A DNA stretch of 64,000 nt from Thermoanaerobaculia bacterium. GTDB lineage: Bacteria > Acidobacteriota > Thermoanaerobaculia > Multivoradales > Multivoraceae. The stretch spans positions 5,824,001-5,888,000 of the forward strand of contig OY761158.1 in assembly GCA_963664405.1 (NCBI GenBank), written 5' to 3'. Position numbers and translations under genes: made by a program. The stretch's first letter is position 1, and every line of letters starts with the position of its first letter. Below the pieces are notes generated by a model, which saw only the letters and a program-made list of their open reading frames with translations, had not been told where the DNA came from and ran no database searches. Positions 46,607 through 55,648 of this stretch are shown here, piece by piece.

Positions 46607-47277
46607 ACCCCCAGGATCTTCTGCAGGGCTTCTCTGGCCTCGTCGGGATCGAAGTCGTAGGGGCCGTGGCCGCCCTTGTAGGCAATGTTTCCATCACCGG
46701 CAGCGAGGATGTAGATGCGCTCCGGCCAGGCCGAAAAGGCGGTGCCTGTGGCGTCGCTCATGTCATCGACCAGCATCGGGATTTCCATCTCGAGCTCGGC
46801 TGCGCAGCGTCGAGCCGCCGCTTGGCGCTCCTCGAGGTTGGTGTGTTGGTTGATGTCGATACCGGCCTCTTCGTTCACCTGCAAGTTCCAGCCGTCGTCG
46901 GAGTGTGCTTCGGCAATGTAGATGACGAAAAAGTCCGCTCGGTCGCGGAACGCTTCGTACATAGCCACGAGGTCGCCGGCCCGGCGACGGAAGGGCGGTC
47001 ACGTATAGCTGCCGAAGAAGAGCACCAGAGGCCGATCGCCCACCACCTCCGGCAGGCGCACGGAGCCGGAGCTCAGGCCATGAAGCTGGACATCGGGAGG
47101 CGGATCGCCTTCGACCAGGATGTCAGGATGACGATAGGTGACCAGGGTGCAGACCACCGCCTCCTGCTCCGTGCCTTCGGTGCCCAACATGTACTTTAGG
47201 TCTCGCTCGTCGACCACTTTCTCGACTCCCAACTCGCGGAGTCGCTGGTCTTGATCCTTGGGGGCAGGCTCCGTCAA
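46603..47277 (-). CDS. Iodothyronine deiodinase-like thioredoxin-fold selenoprotein (Sec at TGA 46999-47001)
   Basis: Two in-frame ORFs join across one TGA: RPLVLFFGSYT-U-PPF...FFVIYIAEAHSDDGW...VDDMSD...AWPERIYI, the deiodinase signature. Confidence 0.88.
46972..46988 (-). promoter_or_regulatory. Candidate bacterial SECIS hairpin
   Basis: GTCGCCG-GGC-CGGCGAC stem-loop after a 10-nt spacer 3' of the in-frame UGA, with G in the apical loop. Confidence 0.65.
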
Positions 47278-47297
47278 CTTCTTTCCTCCTTCGCAGC

Positions 47298-48806
47298 TCA
47301 GGCGCGCGACAATGCCACCGGGCGGAAACTACCGGCGCGCAGCATCTGTTCAAGGCGTTGGCAGCGCTCGGGGTCTTTCGCCGCCAGATCGACGTCCTCC
47401 CAGGGGTCCTCGTCGAGATCGAAGAGCAGGCGGTCGTGGCCGTCGTAGTTGGCGATGTATTTGAAACGGCCGTCAAAGACCGAGCGCCAGTCGTCGAGTC
47501 CGGACAGTACGTACTCGCGGTGGCTGTCGGTTTCTCCCTCGAGGAGAGGACGCAGCGACAGACCGTCCATTTCGCTCGGCGGGGTGACGCCGCCGTAGTC
47601 GAGGAAGGTAGCTGTCAGATCGATCAGGCTCACCAAGGATGGATTGACGTGCCCTGCGCGAATGCCGGGGCCGGCGATCGCGAGGGGCACGCCGGCGGAG
47701 GCGTGGAAGGGGACCGTCTTTCCCCACTTACCTCGATCGCCGAGCATGTCGCCATGGTCGCTGGCGTAGACCACGATCGTGTTGTCGAGCTCGCCGCGCT
47801 CTTCGAGGCGGTCGATATAGACGCCGAGCCAGTGGTCGATGTTCTCGATGATGGCAGCGTAATTCTGGCGAATATGCTGGTGCTTGGCCTGATCGTAGCT
47901 GCCTATGTAGCCATGGGGCTGGGGAAAGTCGTTGATCACCCGCTGAGGACCCCGGTATGAAGCCTCGAGCCGGGTCGGAATGTCGACCGGCGAGTGCGGT
48001 CCGGCGAAGTTCACGACCAGCGACCAGGGCTCACCGGGTGTTACCTCATCGAGCAGTGCGAGGCCGTTGCGGGCGATCCAGTTGTCGAGATAATGCTCCT
48101 CGGGCAGAGGCGAGGGGCGAGTGTCACCCCACTGCCACTCTTTCGGTCTGGAGCGCTTCTGCATATCCTCGGCGCAGACACGACCCAGCGGAGGGGCCAG
48201 ACGGTCGAGGTAGTCGTAGTAGTGATCCTTCGGCCCCACCGGGTCTGAGAGGTAAATGAACGAGCCCGCCTGCTTGCCGGCGTTGTGCAGGACCGTGTCG
48301 AAGCCCCACTCGCGAGAGAACTTCTGGCCATCGATGCCGAGGCCTCGCCCAGCCACCAGCTCGCCGGTGGCAAGATCGATCTTGCCGCAGCCGAGGGAGT
48401 GGTAGCCGGCGTCGCGCAATCGCCCGTAGTAGGTGGGTTGCTCCAGGGGGTAGTTGTCTCGGTTGGAAGGAACGCCGCAGTGATCGTATTCGCGCCCGGT
48501 GGCCAGGCAGGCCCGCGACGGTGCACACACCGGAGCGGCGCAGAACGCCTGCTCGAAGCGCACACCCCTAGCCGCCAGACGCTCGAAATTGGGCATGGGA
48601 ACCGGTACTGCGGGGTTGGCCGGGGTCCAGTCCGGGCGCTGCTGATCGGGGAAGATGAAGAGGAAGTTGGGGCGTGCGGTATTCGCGGGAGCGACCGCAG
48701 GCTCCTCGCCAGACGGCTCAGGCCCGGAGCGACACGCACCAGCGGCCAGCGCCGAAGTGGCAAGGGAAGCTTGTCGGATGAACTCGCGGCGACTCTTTTC
48801 TGACAT
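47298..48806 (-). CDS. Sulfatase (choline-sulfatase-like) with Tat lipoprotein signal
   Basis: SRREFIRQ...AAGAC; PNFLFIFPDQQR, CAPSRA, GPH, SDHGDMLG. Confidence 0.9.
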   Translation of the reverse strand: MSEKSRREFIRQASLATSALAAGACRSGPEPSGEEPAVAPANTARPNFLFIFPDQQRPDWTPANPAVPVPMPNFERLAARGVRFEQAFCAAPVCAPSRACLATGREYDHCGVPSNRDNYPLEQPTYYGRLRDAGYHSLGCGKIDLATGELVAGRGLGIDGQKFSREWGFDTVLHNAGKQAGSFIYLSDPVGPKDHYYDYLDRLAPPLGRVCAEDMQKRSRPKEWQWGDTRPSPLPEEHYLDNWIARNGLALLDEVTPGEPWSLVVNFAGPHSPVDIPTRLEASYRGPQRVINDFPQPHGYIGSYDQAKHQHIRQNYAAIIENIDHWLGVYIDRLEERGELDNTIVVYASDHGDMLGDRGKWGKTVPFHASAGVPLAIAGPGIRAGHVNPSLVSLIDLTATFLDYGGVTPPSEMDGLSLRPLLEGETDSHREYVLSGLDDWRSVFDGRFKYIANYDGHDRLLFDLDEDPWEDVDLAAKDPERCQRLEQMLRAGSFRPVALSRA

Positions 48807-48917
48807 ACCCAGCGCCCTCTCCGGCCTTCCTCGAACGACGGAGACCTGCCTGGAAATAGACCGACCAGTCTAAGAAGATTAGCACAGCCGATTGAGGTCT
48901 CGAGCTCGCAGCGCCGA

Positions 48918-51602
48918 CTAGGGGGCGGCGCTCCTCGCCTCTCCTCCCACCCAGAAGGGGCTCGACCAGGCTCGCTCGCCGTCGAGCTGAGTGACGCGCA
49001 CATAGTAGTAGTCGCCCTCGTTGGTTGGACCCATATCGGTCCACTCGAGCTCCTGGTCGAGCGAGCCCTGTGGGTCGATCAGCTGAAGAGAGATGGTGTC
49101 GTTGTTGGGCTCGCCGGTGGAGCTCAGGGCGTGAACCAGGGTCGCCTGGCGGGCGTCTACGAGGCGGAGCGAGAGATCCTCACCAGGGAGGACGGTATCG
49201 TCACCCTGAATGCGACCGGGCTCGAGGTGGACCGTGATCGCCGACTCGGAGTGGGCGCCCGAGAGCTGGAGAAGAATCGTGTTTGCCCGGCCGCGCGTGA
49301 ACAGAGTGAAGTCCACCCGATCACGATCGCGAGAGCTCCTGGTGACGCTCTCGCGGTGGGTATTCTCGAGCACAGGCGCCCGTAGCTCCTCGAGGCGCGC
49401 ACCTTCGACCTCGAGCCAACCCTCGAAGACCCGGAAGTTGCGAGGGGCCTTGTGCTCGAGCACTTCCGAGCTCGAGGCGAAGCTCACCTGCACCCAGCGG
49501 TTCGGCGTCAGGTCTGCCTGTAGGTAAGGGTGGTGGTAGGCCACTTCGCCGTTTTTGATCACGTCGATGGCCTCGATGGGTGCTGTGCCAGAAGCACGGG
49601 CGACGATGCGACGCCTGGCGTCGGCGGCGAGTCGGGTTCCCACCAGAGCCCCGTCGAGGCGGGCGTCGAGAAGAATCCTGGTGCCACCGGTCGCGTAGGC
49701 GCGGATGTCGCGCATGGCGTCGAAGATATCGTTCGAAGTGGCGGCCGGGGCGAGCACCGCCGCGATCCCGTTGCGCTCGGTGTGGAAAGTGGTGCCGGTG
49801 TCTGGGTAGCCGGGGTGGCCGTGATGGTTGTCGGTCGAGCCGATGAAGCCCACCTGCCATCCGCGTTCGAGGTAGCGGTTGCCGAAGAACTCGAAGGTCC
49901 CGTGGGTGGAGGTGATCTCGATCAGACGTTCCACCGCCGGGTCGCTCTGGCTCCAATCTCCGGGTGCATGGGCATGGGGTACGACCAGCACGTCCTCCTC
50001 GGCGTAGGCTCGACGAAGGGCCTGGTAAAGGCGGGCCAGCTCCGGTGCGATCTGGGCGCTCACGCGATAGGCCACATCGTGACGGAAGAAGACATTGTGG
50101 TGACCGCCGCTGCTGGTTGCTCGGGTCCACTCGTAGCCGAGAAAGGGTACGAAGCGGCCTTCATCGAGAAAGCTCTTGGCATTCTCGCGCATCACCTGCC
50201 ACTCGCGGTCGTCGGTCCAGATGTCGTGCTCGGAGAGCACGACGAAATCGAGGCGGGCGTCGTCGCGGGCGAATCGGAAATAGTGCTCGGGGCTCCCTTG
50301 TCCCTCCGAGTACTGGGTGTGGCCGTGTGTATCTCCCCAGAACACACGAAAGTCGGGCGTCTCTTCTACCCAGATCGGGTTCGAGAGCCCCTGCAGGCGG
50401 CTGTCGGTCGAGCGCAGTCCGAGACGGAAGACACCGGGCTCCTCCAACCGCAAGCTCTCGATCACGGTCAATCCGTCGTCGCCCGCCGGAACCACCGCGA
50501 AGCTGTTGCTCTCACCGCTGCCGGTGGTGGCGTCGGGCGCCTCGGCGCCACGCCTACGAGCGGAACGGGTGCTGGTCCTGACGTTTGTCGCTGCCGCGGA
50601 GTGATATACCTGCGGCGCGTCGGCAGCTGTGACCACGTGGACCTCGTAAGCGGGGATCTTGCCGGACGAGCGGTTGTAGTAGCGGTCTTCGGATCGGACC
50701 GCCAACTCGAAGCTCTCTCCTGGGCGGACGACTGAGGGTGCGACACCTCTCACTCTCACCACCTCCGCCATACCGCTGATCTCGAGGGAGCTCCAGGCCG
50801 GAGTGAAGAAGTTTCCCTGGGCTTCGAGGTCGAGATAGAGAGGAAGCAGGAGCTGGTCGATGGACCAGCTCTGGAGCAGGAAGCCTCGCGAGCCGCCGCT
50901 GCGGTCGCCGTAGGTCAGCGTGATCGTGTCGCCCGGCTCCACGTTCTCTCCTTCGAGAGTGAAGCTCACAAGGACGCGGGCGGGCAAGGAGAGGCCGGAG
51001 TAGCCGGGGCCCGGAACGAAGCGCGCGCCGGGCCGCGAGCTACGGATCGAGATGTAGTTTTCGCCCGCCGGGTCGGTGGCTTGAAGTGGTCCCTGATCGT
51101 TGAACCCGTCGATGCCGACTCGGATCCCGCCTCCGACCCTCATCCCCAAGGCGCCAGCGGTCCACGTCTGCTCGATCGTCTGCCAGCTTCGCGCGGGAAG
51201 CGGCCCGCGGTGGGAGAGGCGGATCGAGCCCAGAGCGTTCGCGATCTCCTCTTTGACCTCCAGCTCTCGAACCCAGCCGTCAACGGCGCGGATCCAGGGC
51301 TCGGGATCGCCACGCTCGGCGATCGAGTCGCGCACCGAGATCAGTAGTGGCAGATTCTGCGGAATCGGCTGACCGGTCAAGGACACGGCGTTGGCCCAGG
51401 GCCATAGCACCTCGGCCCGCCGAGCCACGTTCTCTCGGCTCGTCGGTTCGGCTCGGACCTCGCGCTTCAACTGTTCGATCTTCGCGCGCAGTTCGGGAGG
51501 GACGATGTCGTGTCCCCGGTCCTGTGCCTTGGCTGCAGTCGAAGCCGTAGCGAGAGAAAGAGCGAGCAGGCTAGCAGGAAGGTGCAGAGTGGCTCTGGTC
51601 AT
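48918..51602 (-). CDS. Large DUF3604/PHP-fold metallohydrolase, paralog of 43991-46606
   Basis: LWPWANA, FWGDTHGHT, SEHD, GYEWT, TDNH, YYYVRVTQLDGERAWSSPFWV. Confidence 0.85.
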   Translation of the reverse strand: MTRATLHLPASLLALSLATASTAAKAQDRGHDIVPPELRAKIEQLKREVRAEPTSRENVARRAEVLWPWANAVSLTGQPIPQNLPLLISVRDSIAERGDPEPWIRAVDGWVRELEVKEEIANALGSIRLSHRGPLPARSWQTIEQTWTAGALGMRVGGGIRVGIDGFNDQGPLQATDPAGENYISIRSSRPGARFVPGPGYSGLSLPARVLVSFTLEGENVEPGDTITLTYGDRSGGSRGFLLQSWSIDQLLLPLYLDLEAQGNFFTPAWSSLEISGMAEVVRVRGVAPSVVRPGESFELAVRSEDRYYNRSSGKIPAYEVHVVTAADAPQVYHSAAATNVRTSTRSARRRGAEAPDATTGSGESNSFAVVPAGDDGLTVIESLRLEEPGVFRLGLRSTDSRLQGLSNPIWVEETPDFRVFWGDTHGHTQYSEGQGSPEHYFRFARDDARLDFVVLSEHDIWTDDREWQVMRENAKSFLDEGRFVPFLGYEWTRATSSGGHHNVFFRHDVAYRVSAQIAPELARLYQALRRAYAEEDVLVVPHAHAPGDWSQSDPAVERLIEITSTHGTFEFFGNRYLERGWQVGFIGSTDNHHGHPGYPDTGTTFHTERNGIAAVLAPAATSNDIFDAMRDIRAYATGGTRILLDARLDGALVGTRLAADARRRIVARASGTAPIEAIDVIKNGEVAYHHPYLQADLTPNRWVQVSFASSSEVLEHKAPRNFRVFEGWLEVEGARLEELRAPVLENTHRESVTRSSRDRDRVDFTLFTRGRANTILLQLSGAHSESAITVHLEPGRIQGDDTVLPGEDLSLRLVDARQATLVHALSSTGEPNNDTISLQLIDPQGSLDQELEWTDMGPTNEGDYYYVRVTQLDGERAWSSPFWVGGEARSAAP

Positions 51603-51627
51603 GGTCCCATTATGGCAGCCCCCTCCT

Positions 51628-51729
51628 CACTGCCCACTGCCTACTTCATACTTCATACTTCATACTTCTTACTTCTTACTTCTTACTGTTTACTGCTTAC
51701 TGTTTACTTCCTATTCTTACTTCCTACTG
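51628..51729. repeat. Degenerate heptamer tandem array (about 14 units, TACTTCW/TACTGYT)
   Basis: CACTGCC x2, TACTTCA x3, TACTTCT x3, TACTGTT, TACTGCT, TACTGTT, TACTTCC, TATTCT, TACTTCC. Confidence 0.9.
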
Positions 51730-51745
51730 GAGGCTGAGGAGGACC

Positions 51746-52240
51746 GTGGCTGCAATCGACTGGGATCTTCCCGATCCCTTCACCCTCGACCTCGAAGTTC
51801 AAGAGAGCGACATCGATGGTCTCGGTCACACCAACAACACGGTCTACCTCTCCTGGTGTGGACAGGTAGCGTGGGCCCATACGGTGGCTGTGGGCCTCGA
51901 TCTCGTTGACTGGCGACGGTTGAATCGGGCGATGGCCCTGCGAAAGTCAGAGCTGCACTTTTTGGCCCCGTCGTTTCTGGGCGAGCGCATTCGGGTTGCC
52001 AACTGGATCGTCGCCTGTGAAGGGCGAGTGCGCGCCACCCGGCGGTTTCAGATCTGCCGCGTCGACGATGGCATCACCCTCGCCCGGGTCCTCTCCCAAT
52101 ACGCGTGCATCGATCTGGCCTCGGGACGACCGCGCCGCATGCCGGCGCTCTTCGGTGAGCGCTACGTCGTGGAGCCGAGTGTGAAGTCGGCCCTCGCCGA
52201 GGAGGGCTCTCCCTTCGCTCTGCCCCCCGACCGCGGCTAA
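51746..52240 (+). CDS. Acyl-CoA thioesterase (hotdog fold)
   Basis: DIDGLGHTNNTVYLSW...AWAH; GRPRRMP. Confidence 0.9.
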   Translation: MAAIDWDLPDPFTLDLEVQESDIDGLGHTNNTVYLSWCGQVAWAHTVAVGLDLVDWRRLNRAMALRKSELHFLAPSFLGERIRVANWIVACEGRVRATRRFQICRVDDGITLARVLSQYACIDLASGRPRRMPALFGERYVVEPSVKSALAEEGSPFALPPDRG

Positions 52241-52246
52241 GACCCT

Positions 52247-53206
52247 CTAGCGTGGTCCAGGCCGAGTGGTTGTGCCCGCTCCTGCGGCGGGAGTGGCCCC
52301 CTTGATGACGCTCATCGCGGTGGCGATCATTCCCGCTACGTCGGTGAGATTGGCGGGCAGGAGAATGGTGTTGTTCGTCTTGGCGAGCTCTCCGAACTTT
52401 TCTATGTAATCCTGCGCCACTCGCAACTGGACGGCCTCGAGACCGCCTTCCGCGCCGATCGCCGCGGCCACCCGGGTGATGCCGTCGCCGGTCGCTTCGG
52501 CGACGGCACGAATCGCCGCAGCCTCGCCCGCGGCTTCGTTGATCTGCCGCTGCTTGGCGGCTTCGGAGGCCTTGATGACTTGTTGCTTTTCGCCTTCTGC
52601 GGCGTTGATGGCAGCGTCGCGCTCGCCTTCGGAAGTGAGGATGACCGCGCGCTTCTCGCGCTCGGCGCGCATCTGTTTTTCCATCGCCGCGAGAACGTCT
52701 CCCGGCGGACTGATGTTTTTGATCTCGTAGCGAAGCACTTTGATGCCCCAGGGGTCCGAGGCCTTGTCGACCTCGTTGACGACCTGAACATTGATGTGAG
52801 TGCGCTCTTCGAAGGTGCGATCGAGATCTATTTTTCCGATCTCGCTTCGCAGAGTCGTCTGCGCCAGCTGTGAGATGGCGAAGAGATAGTCCGCGACCCC
52901 GTAGGAAGCTCGCTTGGGGTCCATGACCTTGAGGTAGAGCACCCCGTCGACACCAACCTGGACATTGTCGCGAGTTATGCAGATCTGCTCCGGTATGTCG
53001 ACCGCTCTCTCTTTGAGGCTGTGCTTGTAGCGGATCACCTCGATGAAGGGAAGAAGAATGTGAAAGCCCGCGCTCAGACTCTTCTGGAACTTGCCGAGCC
53101 GCTCGACGACGAAGGCGTTCTGCTGCGGCACCACGATCGCGGTTTTGGCGATCACGATGATGACGACAAAAGCAAGGAATGCGAAAACGACGATCGTGGT
53201 AGTCAC
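52247..53206 (-). CDS. SPFH/stomatin-like (paraslipin/QmcA-type) protein
   Basis: VVERLGKF, QICITRDNV, LAQTTLRSEIG, MEKQMRAEREKRA. Confidence 0.92.
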   Translation of the reverse strand: MTTTIVVFAFLAFVVIIVIAKTAIVVPQQNAFVVERLGKFQKSLSAGFHILLPFIEVIRYKHSLKERAVDIPEQICITRDNVQVGVDGVLYLKVMDPKRASYGVADYLFAISQLAQTTLRSEIGKIDLDRTFEERTHINVQVVNEVDKASDPWGIKVLRYEIKNISPPGDVLAAMEKQMRAEREKRAVILTSEGERDAAINAAEGEKQQVIKASEAAKQRQINEAAGEAAAIRAVAEATGDGITRVAAAIGAEGGLEAVQLRVAQDYIEKFGELAKTNNTILLPANLTDVAGMIATAMSVIKGATPAAGAGTTTRPGPR

Positions 53207-53643
53207 GTGGGGATCCTCCGTACCAGTAGTTTCAGGCCATCTAGCTGCTCTATTGCACAGGACTCGCCTCGAGCCAGAGGCACATCGCCGACGTTGCGAG
53301 CGGTCCAGGAGGTTCCTCTGAGCTCTGCCTTACCCTCCGCGCCGGGCGCCAGGCCCTCGGCGAGAAGAACAGTCTTGCCGAGCAGTGAGTCGATAGCATC
53401 GGAGGCGTCGGCCCCGCGGTGTAGCCAGCGCAGGATGGGGCTGCGAAGGGTCAGCAGCGAGAACACCGAAAGGACTGAGAAGAGGCCCCATTGGAACCAG
53501 GCGGGACCGCCGATGCCGATCGCTGTCAGCCCCCCGAGGAGCAGGGCCGCTGCGCCGAAGAACAGCATGAAGATGCCGCCGGGGAGTAGGACCTCGGCGG
53601 CAAGACAACCGAGCCCGACCAGCAACCACATCCACCAGAGCAT
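53203..53643 (-). CDS. nfeD: Short NfeD-family membrane protein
   Basis: Hydrophobic N-half, C-terminal GKAELRGTSWTA OB-fold; coupled to the SPFH gene. Confidence 0.88.
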   Translation of the reverse strand: MLWWMWLLVGLGCLAAEVLLPGGIFMLFFGAAALLLGGLTAIGIGGPAWFQWGLFSVLSVFSLLTLRSPILRWLHRGADASDAIDSLLGKTVLLAEGLAPGAEGKAELRGTSWTARNVGDVPLARGESCAIEQLDGLKLLVRRIPT

Positions 53644-53678
53644 TAGGTGTCCTCCGTGGGCTCATCATATATGCACTG

Positions 53679-53718
53679 CCGCCACCGCCACCGCCACCGC
53701 CACCGCCACCGCCACCGC
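53679..53718. repeat. (CCGCCA)6 hexamer tandem repeat upstream of nfeD
   Basis: Six perfect units plus a partial CCGC. Confidence 0.9.
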
Positions 53719-53773
53719 GGCCGGCGGCGGAGGCGCGCCCTACGCCGACGCTACTGCGCACGGGACAGTGGAG

Positions 53774-55174
53774 TTAGAGAGGCGACGGTAGAGTGTCTGA
53801 GTGCCTCTTTATCTCTTCAATGGCCTTTGCGGCCCTCAACAAGCCGGCATCGTCGCGCAACGGAGCGACGAGCTGCGCTCCAACGGGCAAGCCATTCTCG
53901 AAGCCCGCGGGGATCGACAGCGCGGGTGAGCAGGTGACAGTGATGAAGCTACATGCCTCCATCCATTCGATATAGGTCGTCATTGCCTTCCCCTCGACTT
54001 CTCGAACCCAGTCCGTTGTCAGGTCGAAGGGAAGAACCTGAGTTGTCGGGCCGAGGATCAAGTCGTAGCTCTCGAATAGCGTCGCCATTCGCGCGATCAG
54101 CGCCATGCGTGCGTCGGGAACCCAGTCGAGCTCCTGCACGCGAAGGCCTTTGCCGGCATCCAGATTCCACCGAATCGTATCTTTCAGCTGGGCCTGCTCA
54201 TCGCTGCTCATCGCCCCGAAACGAGCTCTGAACCCGTTGGCGCGCAGAATGTGGAAAATGCGGGCCGCGTCACTGAAGTCCGGGCTGATCTCCTCGATCC
54301 GTACACCTGCATCCATCAGCTCGGCGGCAAAACGCCGCAGCGCTTCGCGCACCGGGCGGTCGACGGGCAGAGCTCCAAAATCTTCGGTGAAGCCGATCTT
54401 GAGTGTCTTGGGGTCCATTGGCTCGACCTGTCGAAACGAAGCACCCGACTCGGGAAGGACGTTAGGCACTGTGGGAAGGGGTCCGGCCAAGACCGAAAAC
54501 AACAGAGCGACATCATCGACAGTGCGGGCCATGGGCCCCGCGGTACTAAGGTCATTCCACGGATTCGGGCCGCCGGGAACGCGACCCGGGGAAGGGCGGA
54601 AGCCGACGACGTTACAAAACGCAGCCGGATTCCTGAGCGAGCCGCCGGTGTCGCTACCGTCGGCGATGGGAATCATTCGAGCGGAGAGTGCTGCCGCGGC
54701 ACCGCCACTACTGCCGCCGCAGGTCTTGGTCTGGTCGTAGGGGTTCTTGGTCGCACCGAACACGCGATTGAAGGTCTGTGAGCCGGCACCGAACTCTGGC
54801 GTGTTTGTCTTGCCGACGGTGATGGCATCGGCGTCGCGCAAGCGGGTCACGATAAGCGCGTCTTCCGCCGGCACGTTGTCGGCAAAGAGCGGCGAGCCAA
54901 AGGTTGTGCGGATGCCCTTGGTCGCTACCAGGTCCTTGTGGGCGATGGGGAGCCCGGCGAGCGGGCCGACCTGCTCGCCGTCGTGGATGCGTTGGTCGAG
55001 TCTCTTGGCTTGTTCGACGGCCTGCTCGAAGGCGGTCGTTACGATGGCGTTGAGCGGTGGGTTCGTGATCTCGATGTGGTCGATGAAGGCGGTGAGCACC
55101 TCGTGGCAGCTCACGCTACGAGAATCGATCCGCGCTCGTAGGGCCGTTGCGGTCAACAGGCAGAGCTCATTCAT
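53774..55174 (-). CDS. Amidase signature family protein
   Basis: GLPIAHKD, GKTNTPEFG, GGSSGGAAAA, GSDTGGSLRNPA. Confidence 0.93.
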   Translation of the reverse strand: MNELCLLTATALRARIDSRSVSCHEVLTAFIDHIEITNPPLNAIVTTAFEQAVEQAKRLDQRIHDGEQVGPLAGLPIAHKDLVATKGIRTTFGSPLFADNVPAEDALIVTRLRDADAITVGKTNTPEFGAGSQTFNRVFGATKNPYDQTKTCGGSSGGAAAALSARMIPIADGSDTGGSLRNPAAFCNVVGFRPSPGRVPGGPNPWNDLSTAGPMARTVDDVALLFSVLAGPLPTVPNVLPESGASFRQVEPMDPKTLKIGFTEDFGALPVDRPVREALRRFAAELMDAGVRIEEISPDFSDAARIFHILRANGFRARFGAMSSDEQAQLKDTIRWNLDAGKGLRVQELDWVPDARMALIARMATLFESYDLILGPTTQVLPFDLTTDWVREVEGKAMTTYIEWMEACSFITVTCSPALSIPAGFENGLPVGAQLVAPLRDDAGLLRAAKAIEEIKRHSDTLPSPL

Positions 55175-55290
55175 CGTGATGGCATCCTTGGCTCGCTGTC
55201 GATAGATGAGAGTCTAGCAAGCGTCCGGCGCCGCTCGAATAGCGGCGGGGCTGGCGGCGAGATGCCATTTGGTCGATACAATGTGAACGG

Positions 55291-55648
55291 ATGAAGGGCG
55301 CCACCGGCAACTCGAACCAGAGTCTCGAAGACTCGATCCATAGGGTCGCCAGCGACCTCAACGAGGGCATCCAGAATTGGATCAACGGTTCTGTACCGGA
55401 GACGGATGCCGCCTTCGCCGCGATCCGCGCGGCCACCCATCGCGGGTTCTCCTACGTTTTCACCGACGGTGGCACGAGTGTCGATGGCGCCTTTTGGAGT
55501 GATCTCCGCCCCTCCTGGGGTAAGAACCCTGAGTTTCGTCTGGCCACCCCTCGCCGTAGAGGGCCTCCTGCTATCGCGTTTGCACGAGTCGATGATTCCG
55601 CCCGAAGAGGAGCAGCTCCTCGAATGGAGTGAGCTCGAGGCCTCTTAG
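55291..55648 (+). pseudogene. Possible SnoaL/NTF2-like protein remnant
   Basis: Protein-like ORF up to WGKNPEFRL, with a plausible C-terminus (LSRLHESMIP) in another frame; family call weak. Confidence 0.35.

Noticed and set aside
51628-53718. Tandem repeats as a CRISPR array
   Set aside because: 6-7 bp units without spacers and no cas genes.
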